From the IMG/VR virus record IMGVR_UViG_3300028888_000109: a stretch of 64,000 nt of DNA. One strand, 5' to 3'. This stretch comes from an uncultured virus (IMG/VR IMGVR_UViG_3300028888_000109) (taxonomy: Duplodnaviria > Heunggongvirae > Uroviricota > Caudoviricetes). The position numbers and the translations under genes are program-made. The notes beneath the pieces are model-generated. The model worked only from the letters and a program-made list of their open reading frames with translations, searched no databases and was not told the DNA's origin. How positions within the stretch are numbered: position 1 is the stretch's first letter; each line of letters starts with the position of its first letter. Shown here in pieces: positions 38,442 through 49,818 of this stretch.

Positions 38442-39104
38442 ATGAAAACAAAATTAGATGAATTTGTAGATTGGCTTATAAAAGAATACCAAACTAAAAC
38501 TATTGATTTAATTACATATCACCCAGAAGAGATTTCAGAAATGTTATATGATTCATTAAAAGAAACAGTATTATCAAAAATGAAGCCAAAAGAGATAAAT
38601 ACTATTGAAGATTTAGCTAAATTACTTAATGGTAATAATTATGGTGAGGAATTAAAAAATCCATACAATATCAATGTTGAAGAGCTTTGCAAGAAAAATA
38701 AATGGGTAGTATTATTTCCTTATTCTGATGATAATCTTGAAGCCCGTGGTTATATAGATGATGAAATTAGTGCTTATGATGGTGTTGATGCTATTATATA
38801 TAAAAAAGGAGATTTTTATCCAGAAGATTTAGATGAAGAAACATTTAAAAGAGCTTCACAAAATATGATACATGGAATTTCTGATAGTTTAATTTTTGAT
38901 GCAGAAGTAGAAGATGGTCATATAGGAATTAAAGCACAATGGGATTCAGCCGACAAACCATATACTTGGTATTTAGATGTTAAATCAGATAAAAAATATA
39001 TAGATAATAAACCAATAGTTGCTTATTTTGATTTAGTTGATGAAGACGATGAAGAAGATCATACATGGGCTAGATGTTGTATAATAGATTGTAGTGAAAT
39101 ATAA
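38442..39104 (+). CDS. Hypothetical protein (acidic)
   Basis: 220-aa ORF. Confidence 0.7.
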   Translation: MKTKLDEFVDWLIKEYQTKTIDLITYHPEEISEMLYDSLKETVLSKMKPKEINTIEDLAKLLNGNNYGEELKNPYNINVEELCKKNKWVVLFPYSDDNLEARGYIDDEISAYDGVDAIIYKKGDFYPEDLDEETFKRASQNMIHGISDSLIFDAEVEDGHIGIKAQWDSADKPYTWYLDVKSDKKYIDNKPIVAYFDLVDEDDEEDHTWARCCIIDCSEI

Positions 39105-39142
39105 GAATAAACAAGGAATTGTTACTTCTAAATATAAATGGA

Positions 39143-39192
39143 AATAGTTCAATCTTTATAAGGTTGAACTATTTTTGATCTTTAACTATATT
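39143..39192 (+). promoter_or_regulatory. Terminator hairpin overlapping a TTGAAC-N17-TATATT promoter
   Basis: AATAGTTCAA...TTGAACTATT stem; TATATT at 39187. Confidence 0.5.
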
Positions 39193-39220
39193 ATATAAGA
39201 ATTTAAATAATATATTATAA

Positions 39221-41116
39221 ATGGCAAAAAATATAGAACAGAAATATCAACAACTTTCTGAAACTGAGCATATTCTCAAAAGACCTGGAATGTGGATTGG
39301 GTCTATTAAAGATGAGGAACGTGAAGTTTTTGTATATGATGTTGATAATGAAAAGATGGTAATTAAGACTGTAACTTATTCACCAGCAATGCTTAAACTT
39401 TTTGATGAGGTTTTATCAAATTCGTGCGATGAGTATCGTCGTAAAGACAATATGGGTCTTAATGAAGTATTAGTAATTATTGATAAAACTAAAGGAACAA
39501 TTCAAGTTACAGATAATGGTGGTATTCCTGTAGTTAAGCATAAAGAAGCAAAAATGTATGTTCCTGAATTTATTTTTGGACAACTTCGTACTTCTTCCAA
39601 TTATGATGATACCGAAGATAGAAATGTCATTGGAACTAATGGTGTAGGATCATCAATTACAAATATTTTCTCAAAGAAATTTACTGTTACAACTTGTGAT
39701 AAGAAAAATTTAATTACGATTTGTTGGGAAAATAATATGTCTAAGAAACATGTTAGTGAACCAGTAAAGAGTAAAAGTCATTATACAACTGTTAATTTTG
39801 AAATTGATTTTGATAGATTTGATCAAAAAGAAAAGGGCTTCACATATGATTTTGTAGATATTGTTCTCAAAAGATGTATTGATGCCGCAGCTGCTAATTT
39901 TGGATTAACAGTTAAATATGAATATAGAGAGAATGATGAAGTTCTTCAAAAGTCTACTTGGAAATTCAAGAATTTTGAAGAATATATGGATCTATATTCT
40001 GACTATTATGATAAAAGTACAGTTATCAAATATAAAGATGATAAGAAACAAATTTGGGTATGCCCTGATAGTACAATCGATATTGCTTTTGTAAATGGTG
40101 CAGAATGTTCTAAAGGTACACATATTAAAGCAGTTCGAACTCCTATTGGACATACTATTGCTGAAGTACTTAAGAAAAAACATAAGATTGATGTAACTAA
40201 TAAAGCAATTGATGGTAAATATGGTATATTTGGAATATTTGATATTTCAAATCCATCATATAATTCTCAGACAAAAGAAGAATTGACAACTTCACAAGAG
40301 AATTTCTATAAGAATGGTGATGAATTTATTATACCAGAAGATTTTCTTAAGAAATGTGGCAAATCAGAAATTGTAGCATTAGTTGTAGATTGGTATAATA
40401 AAAAACAAGAAGCTGAAGATAGTAAGACATTAAGAAAACTTAATAGAGATGCTTCTAAGGGTCTCAAACGTTCAAATAAGTATGTTCCATGTAATTCACG
40501 TAGAAAATCAGAACGTCAGCTTTGGATATATGAGGGAGATTCAGCCGCTCGTGGTTTTAGAACAGCAAGAGATCCACAAATTCAAGCAGCTTACATGATG
40601 AGAGGTGTTCCACCAAATTGTATAGATATGTCTCCATTGCAAATTATGAAGAATGATGTCTTTAATGATTTGATCAGTGTGATTGGTCTTAAGTTTGGTA
40701 GTGATTTTGATATCAATGACATTAACTTTGGTAAGATAGTTATATCAACTGATGCCGATGTTGATGGTGATAGAATTTGTGCATTACTATTACTATTTTT
40801 CTCTAATAACTGGCCAGAGCTTATTGAAAAGAATATTGTATGTCGAAGTATTTCACCAATCATTATTGCGAAGAAAAATAAAGATTCTAAAAAATTCTAT
40901 ACAATAGAAGAGTTTGATAAGGAAGTTAACAAATTAAAATCTTGGCAAATAAAATATTGTAAAGGTCTATCAGGTCTTGATGCAAAAGAAACTAAAGAAA
41001 TGATGAGAGAACCAATTTTCCATTATTTCACTAAAGATAATCAAGCAGATCATTTCTTCAAGAAGTGGTTTGGTAATGATGCAGATGTTAGAAAAGATTT
41101 GATGGTAGGAGTATAA
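39221..41116 (+). CDS. DNA topoisomerase II, ATPase/TOPRIM subunit (T4 gp39+gp60-like)
   Basis: EHILKRPGMWIGS, DNGGIP, GTNGVG, EGDSA, DADVDG, KGL. Confidence 0.95.
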   Translation: MAKNIEQKYQQLSETEHILKRPGMWIGSIKDEEREVFVYDVDNEKMVIKTVTYSPAMLKLFDEVLSNSCDEYRRKDNMGLNEVLVIIDKTKGTIQVTDNGGIPVVKHKEAKMYVPEFIFGQLRTSSNYDDTEDRNVIGTNGVGSSITNIFSKKFTVTTCDKKNLITICWENNMSKKHVSEPVKSKSHYTTVNFEIDFDRFDQKEKGFTYDFVDIVLKRCIDAAAANFGLTVKYEYRENDEVLQKSTWKFKNFEEYMDLYSDYYDKSTVIKYKDDKKQIWVCPDSTIDIAFVNGAECSKGTHIKAVRTPIGHTIAEVLKKKHKIDVTNKAIDGKYGIFGIFDISNPSYNSQTKEELTTSQENFYKNGDEFIIPEDFLKKCGKSEIVALVVDWYNKKQEAEDSKTLRKLNRDASKGLKRSNKYVPCNSRRKSERQLWIYEGDSAARGFRTARDPQIQAAYMMRGVPPNCIDMSPLQIMKNDVFNDLISVIGLKFGSDFDINDINFGKIVISTDADVDGDRICALLLLFFSNNWPELIEKNIVCRSISPIIIAKKNKDSKKFYTIEEFDKEVNKLKSWQIKYCKGLSGLDAKETKEMMREPIFHYFTKDNQADHFFKKWFGNDADVRKDLMVGV

Positions 41117-41118
41117 TT

Positions 41119-42501
41119 ATGGCAAAAGAGACAATAGTAAAAAGAACAATATCGGATTTCTTAAATAAAGAATATCTTAATTTTAGTTTATATACTGTAG
41201 CTGAACGAGCTATTCCAAGTATATGTGATGGATTCAAACCCGGTGCCCGTAAGATAGTACATGCAAGTTGTGTTGGATCTCTTAAGAATGGTAGTACAAA
41301 TAAACTTATATCACTTGTTGGTGATACAATGAAAATATCACAATATGCTCATGGTGATAGTTCATTGATTGGAACGATTTGTACATTATCCAAGTCATTT
41401 TATAATAATTTTAATCCTATTGAGATTGAAGGTCAGGGAGGTAATCTTCGTGATCCAGATGCTGGTGCTCCTCGTTATCTTTATATTAGACATTCTAAAT
41501 ACATGAATCTTATATATAAAACTGATTATGATTTATTAGATTATGTATTTGAAGAAGGTGATTATGTAGAGCCTAAGCAATATTATCCTATTATACCAAC
41601 TGTTATTTGTAATTTGGCTATGGGTATTGCTAATGGATATTCTTTTCATAGTATGGCATATAACCCAATAGATGTTATTGATGCTTGTGTTGAATTACTT
41701 AAATCTAAGAAAGAGATTGATAAATTCAAAACTATTATTAGACCATATATTCGTGGTATTAAACCTTCTAATTTCAGGTTTGAGAATGGTGAATGGTATA
41801 ATTATGGTGAATGGAAAACAAATCAATCTAAAGATTTGTTGATAGTTACTGATTTACCATGTGATACAACTTATGTAGATTTTGAAAAAATCCTTAATAA
41901 ACTTTGTGATAATGAATATATCAAAGATTATAAAGACAAGTCAGAAGATGGTAATGTTCATTATGAAATAACATTTCCTAAAGGACAATTAGCGAAGATT
42001 ATGAAGCGTGAATCTGGTGATGCTAAATTGGCTGCTAAATTCAAGTTAGTTAAAGCATTACCACAAGATTTGCTTTGGTTATTAAATGAGAATAATAAAC
42101 TTAAATATTATCAAGATAAATATGCTGTTATTAAATATTTTGTTAATTGGAGATTAACTATTTATGAACAGCGTAAGAAAAAACTAGTAAAGATTCTTAA
42201 TGAGAGACTTAAGAAGAATGATGAGTTAATTAGATTTATAGAATTAGTATGTAAAGGCAAGCTTAAGATTAGAAATAGATCTAAAGTTGATATTAAAGTA
42301 GATATGGATGGGTATAAACTTCCAATGGAACTTATATCTACACCAATGTCTAAGGTAACTATTGAAGAGCGTGATGAATTACTAAAGCAAAATGAGGATA
42401 TTCGTAAGGAATTAGAATATATCAAGAATACATCAGAAAAGCAGATGTATCTTGATGATTTGAATAATTTAAGAAAAGAAATTGAAAAAGACTTTAAATA
42501 A
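41119..42501 (+). CDS. DNA topoisomerase II, breakage-reunion subunit (T4 gp52-like)
   Basis: RAIPSICDGFKPGARK, YAHGDSS, GAPRY (catalytic Tyr), GIANGY. Confidence 0.95.
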   Translation: MAKETIVKRTISDFLNKEYLNFSLYTVAERAIPSICDGFKPGARKIVHASCVGSLKNGSTNKLISLVGDTMKISQYAHGDSSLIGTICTLSKSFYNNFNPIEIEGQGGNLRDPDAGAPRYLYIRHSKYMNLIYKTDYDLLDYVFEEGDYVEPKQYYPIIPTVICNLAMGIANGYSFHSMAYNPIDVIDACVELLKSKKEIDKFKTIIRPYIRGIKPSNFRFENGEWYNYGEWKTNQSKDLLIVTDLPCDTTYVDFEKILNKLCDNEYIKDYKDKSEDGNVHYEITFPKGQLAKIMKRESGDAKLAAKFKLVKALPQDLLWLLNENNKLKYYQDKYAVIKYFVNWRLTIYEQRKKKLVKILNERLKKNDELIRFIELVCKGKLKIRNRSKVDIKVDMDGYKLPMELISTPMSKVTIEERDELLKQNEDIRKELEYIKNTSEKQMYLDDLNNLRKEIEKDFK

Positions 42502-42502
42502 T

Positions 42503-42880
42503 ATGATAAAAGAAGTAGAAGATAATTCATTGGATTCTCCGAGATTAACTAAATTACAAGAATATCTTGATAATTGGATAGAATGTTTTGAACATGATAT
42601 AGAAAATGAAGGAGGAATTGATTTGTTTTTAGTAGCTTATGATAATAAATATAAGCATGCTATGAAATGTGCTTTAACAAGTAAAAATGAACCTATTCAT
42701 GATTTATTTAGGGCATTCAATAAAGGACTTGGTACATTAAAAGATAATTTATCAAAGGATATGTTTAATGGATTATGTTCTTATTTAGCGAATGTTTTAG
42801 CTACTTATCCAGAAATTGAGAGGCAATTCAATGAGAATGTACAACGAATGAAAAAGAAAATAGAAGATGAATCTAGATAA
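42503..42880 (+). CDS. Hypothetical protein
   Basis: Start reassigned to MIKEV. Confidence 0.65.
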   Translation: MIKEVEDNSLDSPRLTKLQEYLDNWIECFEHDIENEGGIDLFLVAYDNKYKHAMKCALTSKNEPIHDLFRAFNKGLGTLKDNLSKDMFNGLCSYLANVLATYPEIERQFNENVQRMKKKIEDESR

Positions 42881-44054
42881 TATTTATAAAGTATTTGAAA
42901 ACTTTAATTCGCATACTGATGACTATTTAGGAGCTATTTATATAAATGTATTTCATAATTTTCCAAGAGCATATAGGGTATATTATGATACAAATGGTGA
43001 TTTAACATATCAAGATGCTATAGAAAGTTTTCAAGAAGCTCGTAAGAATATCAAAAAGAAAATTGATTCTCGTAAATTATTGCAAAATATATTAAGGGAT
43101 CATAAGAAATGGAATCCTGAAGTTCATTATGGGCAAAGTAGACCAGATCATTTTCTTTATGGATCAAAAATATTTGCTTATTCTCCTCATGAATATTTAA
43201 TACTTGGTGATTACTATAAATATGAAGCTAGTAGTAATAACCATCATTATAATTTCTTGATGAATATCACTTTATCAGAAGATGGTGATATGGCAAATTA
43301 TTATGAAGAAATATTTTGCCAAGAAGAAGATATTAAATTTATTTTTGACCATTTAAAAGGATATTTTGAAGGTTCTACAAAAGAAGAAAAAGTTGATTTT
43401 GGTATAGCCGCTATAGACCCATCTAATAGTATTTATACAACATGGTATGATTATAAAGCTATAGATGTGGATATTGATAAAAATTATAATGATGATTTTA
43501 AACCTGTTTATAATAAACTTTGTCATATTATAGAAGAAGAGGATAAACCTGGTCTTGTTTTATTTTATGGTGAACCTGGTACTGGTAAATCTACTATTCT
43601 TAAGCATTTAATATCAAAATATCCAGAAAAAGATTTTGTATTTATTGATGACCAATTATTAATGCATGCTTCACCAGAAAAGTTATTATCTTATTTTCTT
43701 GAATCTCAAAATACTATATTTATATTAGAAGATTGTGAAAAGGCATTAACATCAAGAGATAAAGGATATAACCCAGTTATGTCTACTTTACTTAATCTTA
43801 CAGATGGTATTATTGCGGATGTATTAGGAATTAAACTTATATGTACATTTAATACTAATCTTAATAATATTGATAAAGCTTTGTTACGTAAAGGTCGTTT
43901 GTCACTTAAATATGAGTTCAAGAAATTAGATGCTGAAAAAGCATCAAAATTATTGGGAGCTATTCAAACTACTCCTTTATCTTTAGCTGATATTTACTAC
44001 TATAAAGAAGAGAATGATTTTTCAAAAAAGATAGAACGTAAAATAGGATTTTAA
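42867..44054 (+). CDS. AAA+ ATPase
   Basis: GEPGTGKS, ILEDCE, LLNLTDG, IDKALLRKGR, C-terminal KIGF. Confidence 0.9.
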   Translation: MNLDNIYKVFENFNSHTDDYLGAIYINVFHNFPRAYRVYYDTNGDLTYQDAIESFQEARKNIKKKIDSRKLLQNILRDHKKWNPEVHYGQSRPDHFLYGSKIFAYSPHEYLILGDYYKYEASSNNHHYNFLMNITLSEDGDMANYYEEIFCQEEDIKFIFDHLKGYFEGSTKEEKVDFGIAAIDPSNSIYTTWYDYKAIDVDIDKNYNDDFKPVYNKLCHIIEEEDKPGLVLFYGEPGTGKSTILKHLISKYPEKDFVFIDDQLLMHASPEKLLSYFLESQNTIFILEDCEKALTSRDKGYNPVMSTLLNLTDGIIADVLGIKLICTFNTNLNNIDKALLRKGRLSLKYEFKKLDAEKASKLLGAIQTTPLSLADIYYYKEENDFSKKIERKIGF

Positions 44055-44060
44055 TTAATT

Positions 44061-45191
44061 ATGAGTACAACATTAAATTTTCATAGACCCTCAGAAGAAA
44101 TGAAAAGGACTATTCTTAAGAGGGTATCTACCAATATAGGTAATGAATATGATAGATTCTTGGCATCTAATTTCCAACATGGTATTTGTGTATTAAGAGA
44201 TAAAAATGTATATGAAAGAATATTTAGAGATATTTGGCATAATACTATTAAATTAAATACAAAATATGAAGCAATAGAATATCATAAATATTATGATAGA
44301 GGATCTACACAATATCTTCTTTTTATAAACAATAACTATAATGAAGATGATGGTATTTGTTTAGGTCCTGAAAAATTTAATTCATTATTTCGTTCTATTA
44401 GAGAAGTTGGAATTAGTGTAAAACTTTATGACGATAAGAATAAAGATTCTATCCCATATAATAAAGAAAATATGGAAGGTATGACCCAAGATGGAATTGC
44501 TAAATTAAGAGGAGTTTTTAAAAGTAAATTTCCAGCTGATTCGTATAGAAAAGAATTTGGTGAATGCCATTTGGATAAAAAAACATTTTTGAACCCAATA
44601 ACTCAATATAAAACAATATTTGATTATTTTATAACTATTCATCCAGATACAGCATATTTTTATGAATGTTATGAAAATATAGATAAATGTGAAAAGTATC
44701 TTGTTTATATTAAAGAAACACAAAATACAAATTTCGATTATTTCACAATGATTGTTTTATCTAAAATGGAATTTGAATATACTTTTGAAAGGGCTTCTAA
44801 AAAACAAGTTGATGATAAGTTCTCTTCAGTTGCCCAACCTAAAATCATAATGCCACTTCAAAGTTATTCTATCGCAAATTCAAAAGGTAAAGTTAGACCT
44901 CTTAAACCACTTTCATGTATTGATAATAAAGGATTTAGTGTATTATTGGGTCAGGATAAAACATTTAATTATGAAATCAAACAAGACAATTATGGTAATA
45001 AATTGTTTATTTATTTCACTGAAGATAGATGGGTAGAATGGTCAGTAACTCCAGATATTAAAGATAAATTTGAATTCTTTGCAGAATTAGAAAGTTGGGA
45101 AGAAATAGAAGAAGAAATTGATAAAGTTGCAGAAGAACATGGATTAGTTGAAAAATCTATTTGGGATATACCAACTAATATTTATCGTTAA
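44061..45191 (+). CDS. Hypothetical protein
   Basis: 376-aa ORF. Confidence 0.75.
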   Translation: MSTTLNFHRPSEEMKRTILKRVSTNIGNEYDRFLASNFQHGICVLRDKNVYERIFRDIWHNTIKLNTKYEAIEYHKYYDRGSTQYLLFINNNYNEDDGICLGPEKFNSLFRSIREVGISVKLYDDKNKDSIPYNKENMEGMTQDGIAKLRGVFKSKFPADSYRKEFGECHLDKKTFLNPITQYKTIFDYFITIHPDTAYFYECYENIDKCEKYLVYIKETQNTNFDYFTMIVLSKMEFEYTFERASKKQVDDKFSSVAQPKIIMPLQSYSIANSKGKVRPLKPLSCIDNKGFSVLLGQDKTFNYEIKQDNYGNKLFIYFTEDRWVEWSVTPDIKDKFEFFAELESWEEIEEEIDKVAEEHGLVEKSIWDIPTNIYR

Positions 45192-45421
45192 AATAATACT
45201 ACAAACTCAAGATGGCTCATATTTGACCCTATGTCAATGATCTTTCCTGAGTTTGTTTTGACTTTAATAAGATATTCATTATTTTGACCTATATTAATTC
45301 CTAAAACTCGACCTTTAACATCGAAATTAGGAAAGAATTCACAATCTGATTTGAATCTAGCTTTATGCCCTATAAGTATTTTACAAAGCTTTTCATATGT
45401 ATAGGTTTTAATTGATTCCAT
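45188..45421 (-). CDS. Hypothetical protein
   Basis: 77-aa ORF filling the gap on the minus strand. Confidence 0.55.
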   Translation of the reverse strand: MESIKTYTYEKLCKILIGHKARFKSDCEFFPNFDVKGRVLGINIGQNNEYLIKVKTNSGKIIDIGSNMSHLEFVVLF

Positions 45422-45466
45422 TTTAATACTATATTAAATTCATATTATAGTTAAAAATAATTTTTT

Positions 45467-46669
45467 ATGTCAAACAATACAGAGAAAAAAGAAGAACAAG
45501 CACCAAGATGTTCATTTTGTGGAAAAGAGTTAAAAGATAATTTAATAATTATTGGTAATAATACATTAGCTTGTCCTGAATGTATAGAATTGGCCCATAG
45601 AACAATTCAAGACCAAAAAGATATTGTTAACCATACAATACTTAAAGAAATTCCTAAACCAAAAGAGATTAAAGAATTTTTAGACCAATACATTATAGGT
45701 CAAGATAGAGTTAAGGAACGTGTTGCTGTAGCAGTTTATAATCATTATAAAAGAATTAATTGTAATGTTACTGATGATGTAGAACTTGAAAAATCAAATA
45801 TTCTTGTATGTGGTCCTACTGGTTCAGGTAAAACACTTATTGCTAAGACAGTAGCCAGATTACTTAATGTTCCATTCTGTATTGGTGATGCAACAGTTTT
45901 GACAGAATCAGGTTATGTTGGTGAAGATGTAGAATCTCTTATTTCTAATCTTTATCAAGCTGCTGATTATGATGTAGAGAAAACAGAAAGAGGAATTATA
46001 TTTGTTGATGAGATAGATAAGATTGCCCGTAAAGGAGATAATGCATCTATAACAAGAGATGTATCTGGTGAAGGTGTACAACAAGGTATGCTTAAACTTC
46101 TTGAAGGTTCAATTGTATCTATTCCACCTAAAGGTGGCCGTAAGCACCCTGATACTCCACTTGTAAAGATTAATACTAAGAATATATTGTTTATTTGTGG
46201 TGGTGCATTTGTTGGTCTTGAGAAAAAGGTAGCTCAACGTTGTAATAGGAAAGTAATTGGATTCAATTCAGAAACAAATCTTAAAGCAAAAGATGAAGAT
46301 TACATGAAACAATTAAGCCCACTTGATTTGAAGTCATTTGGTCTTATTCCAGAAATAATTGGACGTCTTCCTGTTATTACTTATACAGATGAGCTTGATA
46401 AAGAAGCTATGCTTAGGATTTTGAAAGAGCCAAAGAATTCACTTATTAAACAATATAAGAAGATATTTGAACTTGATGGTGTAGAGCTTGAATTTACTGA
46501 TGAAGCTCTTGAATATGTAGTTGATAGAACTATTGAAAATAAAATTGGTGCTCGTGGTCTTCGTGGTACTATGGAAAATGTGATGAATAAAGCAATGTTT
46601 GAATCACCATCTTCTGATATAAAGAAGATTGTAGTAGATTTAGATTATGTAAAACAATATATAGATTAA
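45467..46669 (+). CDS. clpX: ATP-dependent Clp protease ATPase subunit ClpX
   Basis: CSFCG zinc finger, [45 protein letters not shown] loop, GARGLR. Confidence 0.97.
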   Translation: MSNNTEKKEEQAPRCSFCGKELKDNLIIIGNNTLACPECIELAHRTIQDQKDIVNHTILKEIPKPKEIKEFLDQYIIGQDRVKERVAVAVYNHYKRINCNVTDDVELEKSNILVCGPTGSGKTLIAKTVARLLNVPFCIGDATVLTESGYVGEDVESLISNLYQAADYDVEKTERGIIFVDEIDKIARKGDNASITRDVSGEGVQQGMLKLLEGSIVSIPPKGGRKHPDTPLVKINTKNILFICGGAFVGLEKKVAQRCNRKVIGFNSETNLKAKDEDYMKQLSPLDLKSFGLIPEIIGRLPVITYTDELDKEAMLRILKEPKNSLIKQYKKIFELDGVELEFTDEALEYVVDRTIENKIGARGLRGTMENVMNKAMFESPSSDIKKIVVDLDYVKQYID

Positions 46670-46672
46670 ATT

Positions 46673-47134
46673 ATGGCATTCGTAGATTGGTCCAAAGTTG
46701 AAGAAGTAGATCACGCAAAACCTTACAAGACTTTTAATGATTTGGAAGATGGTGACACTATTTATATAGTAGACTTCAAACAAATGGAAATTAGAGAATT
46801 AAAAATTTCTAATTACAAGAAAAAAGATAGAAGTGATTATAAATCTAAAAATCTTACTGAAGTTGAATTTAAAGTAAATGAATCATATAATACTAAAAAT
46901 AAAAGCAATAATTATTATATCGGTGATAGTTATGTAAGAATATCTGATGGGAATCAATATTTTAGTAATGCTTATGTTGATTACACAGAAGTTTATTACT
47001 CCACAGATTCACGCATTGCAAATATGATATTAAAATTATTACAATATAGAAACTCATATCAATGGAGTTGCCTTACTGGTATATTTGGCAATCCTATGGG
47101 TCAATATGCACATAAACAAATAAAATTATGTTAA
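46673..47134 (+). CDS. Hypothetical protein
   Basis: 153-aa ORF. Confidence 0.65.
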   Translation: MAFVDWSKVEEVDHAKPYKTFNDLEDGDTIYIVDFKQMEIRELKISNYKKKDRSDYKSKNLTEVEFKVNESYNTKNKSNNYYIGDSYVRISDGNQYFSNAYVDYTEVYYSTDSRIANMILKLLQYRNSYQWSCLTGIFGNPMGQYAHKQIKLC

Positions 47135-47137
47135 AAT

Positions 47138-47920
47138 ATGAAAGTAGCTATTTGTTATTTAACTAATGTTAAAAAAGATCAAGCGGTAGCTGAAGGAATT
47201 AAAGAATCATTAGAGAATGTTGTGGTTAATAATCCAGATAATGTTCATACTTATGATCTTTATACATTAATAAATGTAGATAAACCTAAGAAAAAAAACA
47301 AGAAAAATACTTATTCTTTTACTTGGGATGAATTAAGAGAAAAATATAATCATGTAAATAGAGTATTTTATAGAGATTATATGGGTGTTTGCCACCTCCC
47401 ATTATTCTATCTTCAAGAAAAACAACCTAATTATGATTATTATATTTTCTATGAAGATGATTTATATTTCACTGGATTTAACTTTAATGTGAATCCATTT
47501 GAAGGTTATATTATGAATGATTATGATGTAGCATTTATTTATGGTCGTTCTTATAATCCTGAATGGTTTTGGGTAAGTAAATTTGAATATAGCTTGCCAG
47601 AAGGTTGGGTTGGTTTTGAAGGTTTGTTAAATTGTTATGTGATTTCAAACCAAGCTTTAAAAGACTTAAAAGAATTTTGTTGTGATGGTAGATGGCATGG
47701 TCACCATGAACTCATGGTTAATTCATTCTTTAAAAACCAACCAGACAAATATCGAATTACATCATTAAATAGGATATATAAATCACGAATTTTCTTAGAT
47801 GTAAATGATTTGATTTTATATTTTATGAAGCAAGAAGATATCGGAAATACTTTTATACATCCTATCAAAACATTTGATATGTTAATGAATATTAAATCGG
47901 CACATCCTGAGAATAACTGA
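47138..47920 (+). CDS. Putative glycosyltransferase-like protein
   Basis: MKVAICY start, YDYYIFYEDD, GHHE, FIHPIK. Confidence 0.5.
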   Translation: MKVAICYLTNVKKDQAVAEGIKESLENVVVNNPDNVHTYDLYTLINVDKPKKKNKKNTYSFTWDELREKYNHVNRVFYRDYMGVCHLPLFYLQEKQPNYDYYIFYEDDLYFTGFNFNVNPFEGYIMNDYDVAFIYGRSYNPEWFWVSKFEYSLPEGWVGFEGLLNCYVISNQALKDLKEFCCDGRWHGHHELMVNSFFKNQPDKYRITSLNRIYKSRIFLDVNDLILYFMKQEDIGNTFIHPIKTFDMLMNIKSAHPENN

Positions 47921-47962
47921 GACACACAGGTTCATTCAATTATAATTTTTTAATATCTTATC

Positions 47963-47996
47963 AGCCTAGGAATTTTTGTGAATTCCTGGGCATTTT
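47963..47996 (+). terminator. Intrinsic terminator
   Basis: GCCTAGGAATT...AATTCCTGGGC + ATTTTT. Confidence 0.65.
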
Positions 47997-48023
47997 TATT
48001 TAACAAAAATTTTTATATATAAT

Positions 48024-48051
48024 TTGAAAAATTAAAAATTGTTTCTATATT
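48024..48051 (+). promoter_or_regulatory. Conserved phage promoter TTGAAA-N16-TATATT
   Basis: Followed by GTATATGTAAAA. Confidence 0.7.
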
Positions 48052-48077
48052 GTATATGTAAAACAAATAAATATAAA

Positions 48078-49818
48078 ATGAAACAAGTTTACGATCCAGA
48101 GCAACAGAGAATTAGGAATATGCAGAAGTTATATGCTTCACAGAGACAGAAGACATTTAATTATTCTCTTGATGATTTTGACATCATTGGTGGAAATTGG
48201 CAGCATAAGGATTGGGGAGTGTGGATGAAAGGTGATCCTAATGGAGATTATTCAAAGACTAAGAAAATAGTTGAGAAATATATTAAGGAATGCAAAAAGC
48301 CTTATGGGCAGCGTGATCTTTCACAGTTTCATTTAGTAAGTGATTAAATATAATTTATAAATTAGAATTATGGAAAATTTAGGTACGGCAAGTCTTGTAG
48401 AAGTTAGACGTTGGTTTAATGAGGCCAAAACGATGAAAATCGTTCCTGATACAGAGATTCCTGTCGATGTGGTATGTGATGAAGATCCATTGCATCGTGA
48501 ATGGTTTAGTATTCAAGGACTTGAAAATTCTGGTGATTCACTTCGTATTGTAGTAAAAAGATGCAAATAATGAATAAACTTAAAGCAATTTGGCGAATAT
48601 TAGATTCTGATCATTTTTATTTGTTGACGGCAAATAATAACTTGCAAATCACAGAAACACATAGTGATACTGATCAATATACCCTTTCAACATTCTTGCA
48701 TTTAGAGTGGATGTCACATTATAAAGGAGTATTTTTGTCAAAACCTGGTAATGAAGAATATGTATGAAGAGATTTGTAAATGGAATTAAAGAACATTGTT
48801 GGGTAGATTTTTGCCAAGACTGGATAGAACGCCGTGATGATAAAAAAGCCAATAAAGATAGTAATTATGGATCTCCTCTTTGTGAATATGGTAAACATAT
48901 AGAATTTTATAATTGTTGGGGTGGATCTACTATTCATCTAAGGGCAGAATCAATTTCTCCTAATGAGTTATTTGAGATTCGTTTACTTTGTGCAGATAAA
49001 AAAGGAAGTAATTATCCAATTGTAGCATTGGTTGATTTTGGTGATTGTGAAAAAATTTATGAATTTGATTGCGATGGAAATTCATCTAATGGGTTGATGA
49101 AACTTCATTATGAATCAACATATTTTGAACCTGGCGATTATGTTGTAACTACTCAAGATACTATTGGAATTTATGCCAATCATTGGTATATGTTTGTATC
49201 TATTGAAAAGGATGGTAAAGAGCATTTAGATTTGTGTGGAAGTGGTCAATATGTTAGATTGGCTAATGAAGAGGAGAAAAACCTTATAGATGAAATGCTT
49301 TGGGTAAATAACAAGAAATGGAATAACGAAACAAAACAATTAGAAAATGTATAAGCTTGGTGAATTTGATGTTTTAGAAATTATTGATAAGGCTGTAGCT
49401 TTTGGAGTAAATGCTCTTCAAGGCACACAGAATGCAATGGCTCTCCAAATAGCGTCATTTTGGCTTGAAGGATATATTGAAGGTAGAAAGGATGAAATTA
49501 CTGAAGATGATATTAAGTCACTTCAGGCAACGATGAAAAACTATTTCTTTATTTGATTATGACTAAGAAGGAACAAATACTGAATAATATCAGAATAGCT
49601 ATTCAATTAGCTGGTGATGGAGGACCTTCACCATTTAGAGATAAGGAATATGATGAAATGTTTGCGTTATTAGATAAGGTTGAAAAGAATAAAGATATAT
49701 GAGTAGAGATGAAATTGTAGATGCATTACAAGATGATAAATTAGTTGATTATATTCAGCCTTGGTTATTGAAATATATTGTGGATTTTGTAATATTAAAT
49801 TATAATGAAGACAAATAA
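48078..49818 (+). other. Cluster of small hypothetical ORFs (48078-48347, 48370-48570, 48570-48767, 48764-49354, 49347-49556, 49559-49702, 49699-49818)
   Basis: Tightly packed ORFs, often translationally coupled, after the conserved promoter. The last two are below the ORF-track cutoff and were read by eye. Confidence 0.6.

Noticed and set aside
28990..42501. Introns or inteins in DNA polymerase or topoisomerase
   Set aside because: The ORFs are uninterrupted and of normal size, with no intein or homing-endonuclease motifs seen.
45412..45435. Conserved promoter upstream of clpX
   Set aside because: CTATATT is present, but the nearest TTGA is only 12 nt away, which does not fit the 16-17 nt spacing.
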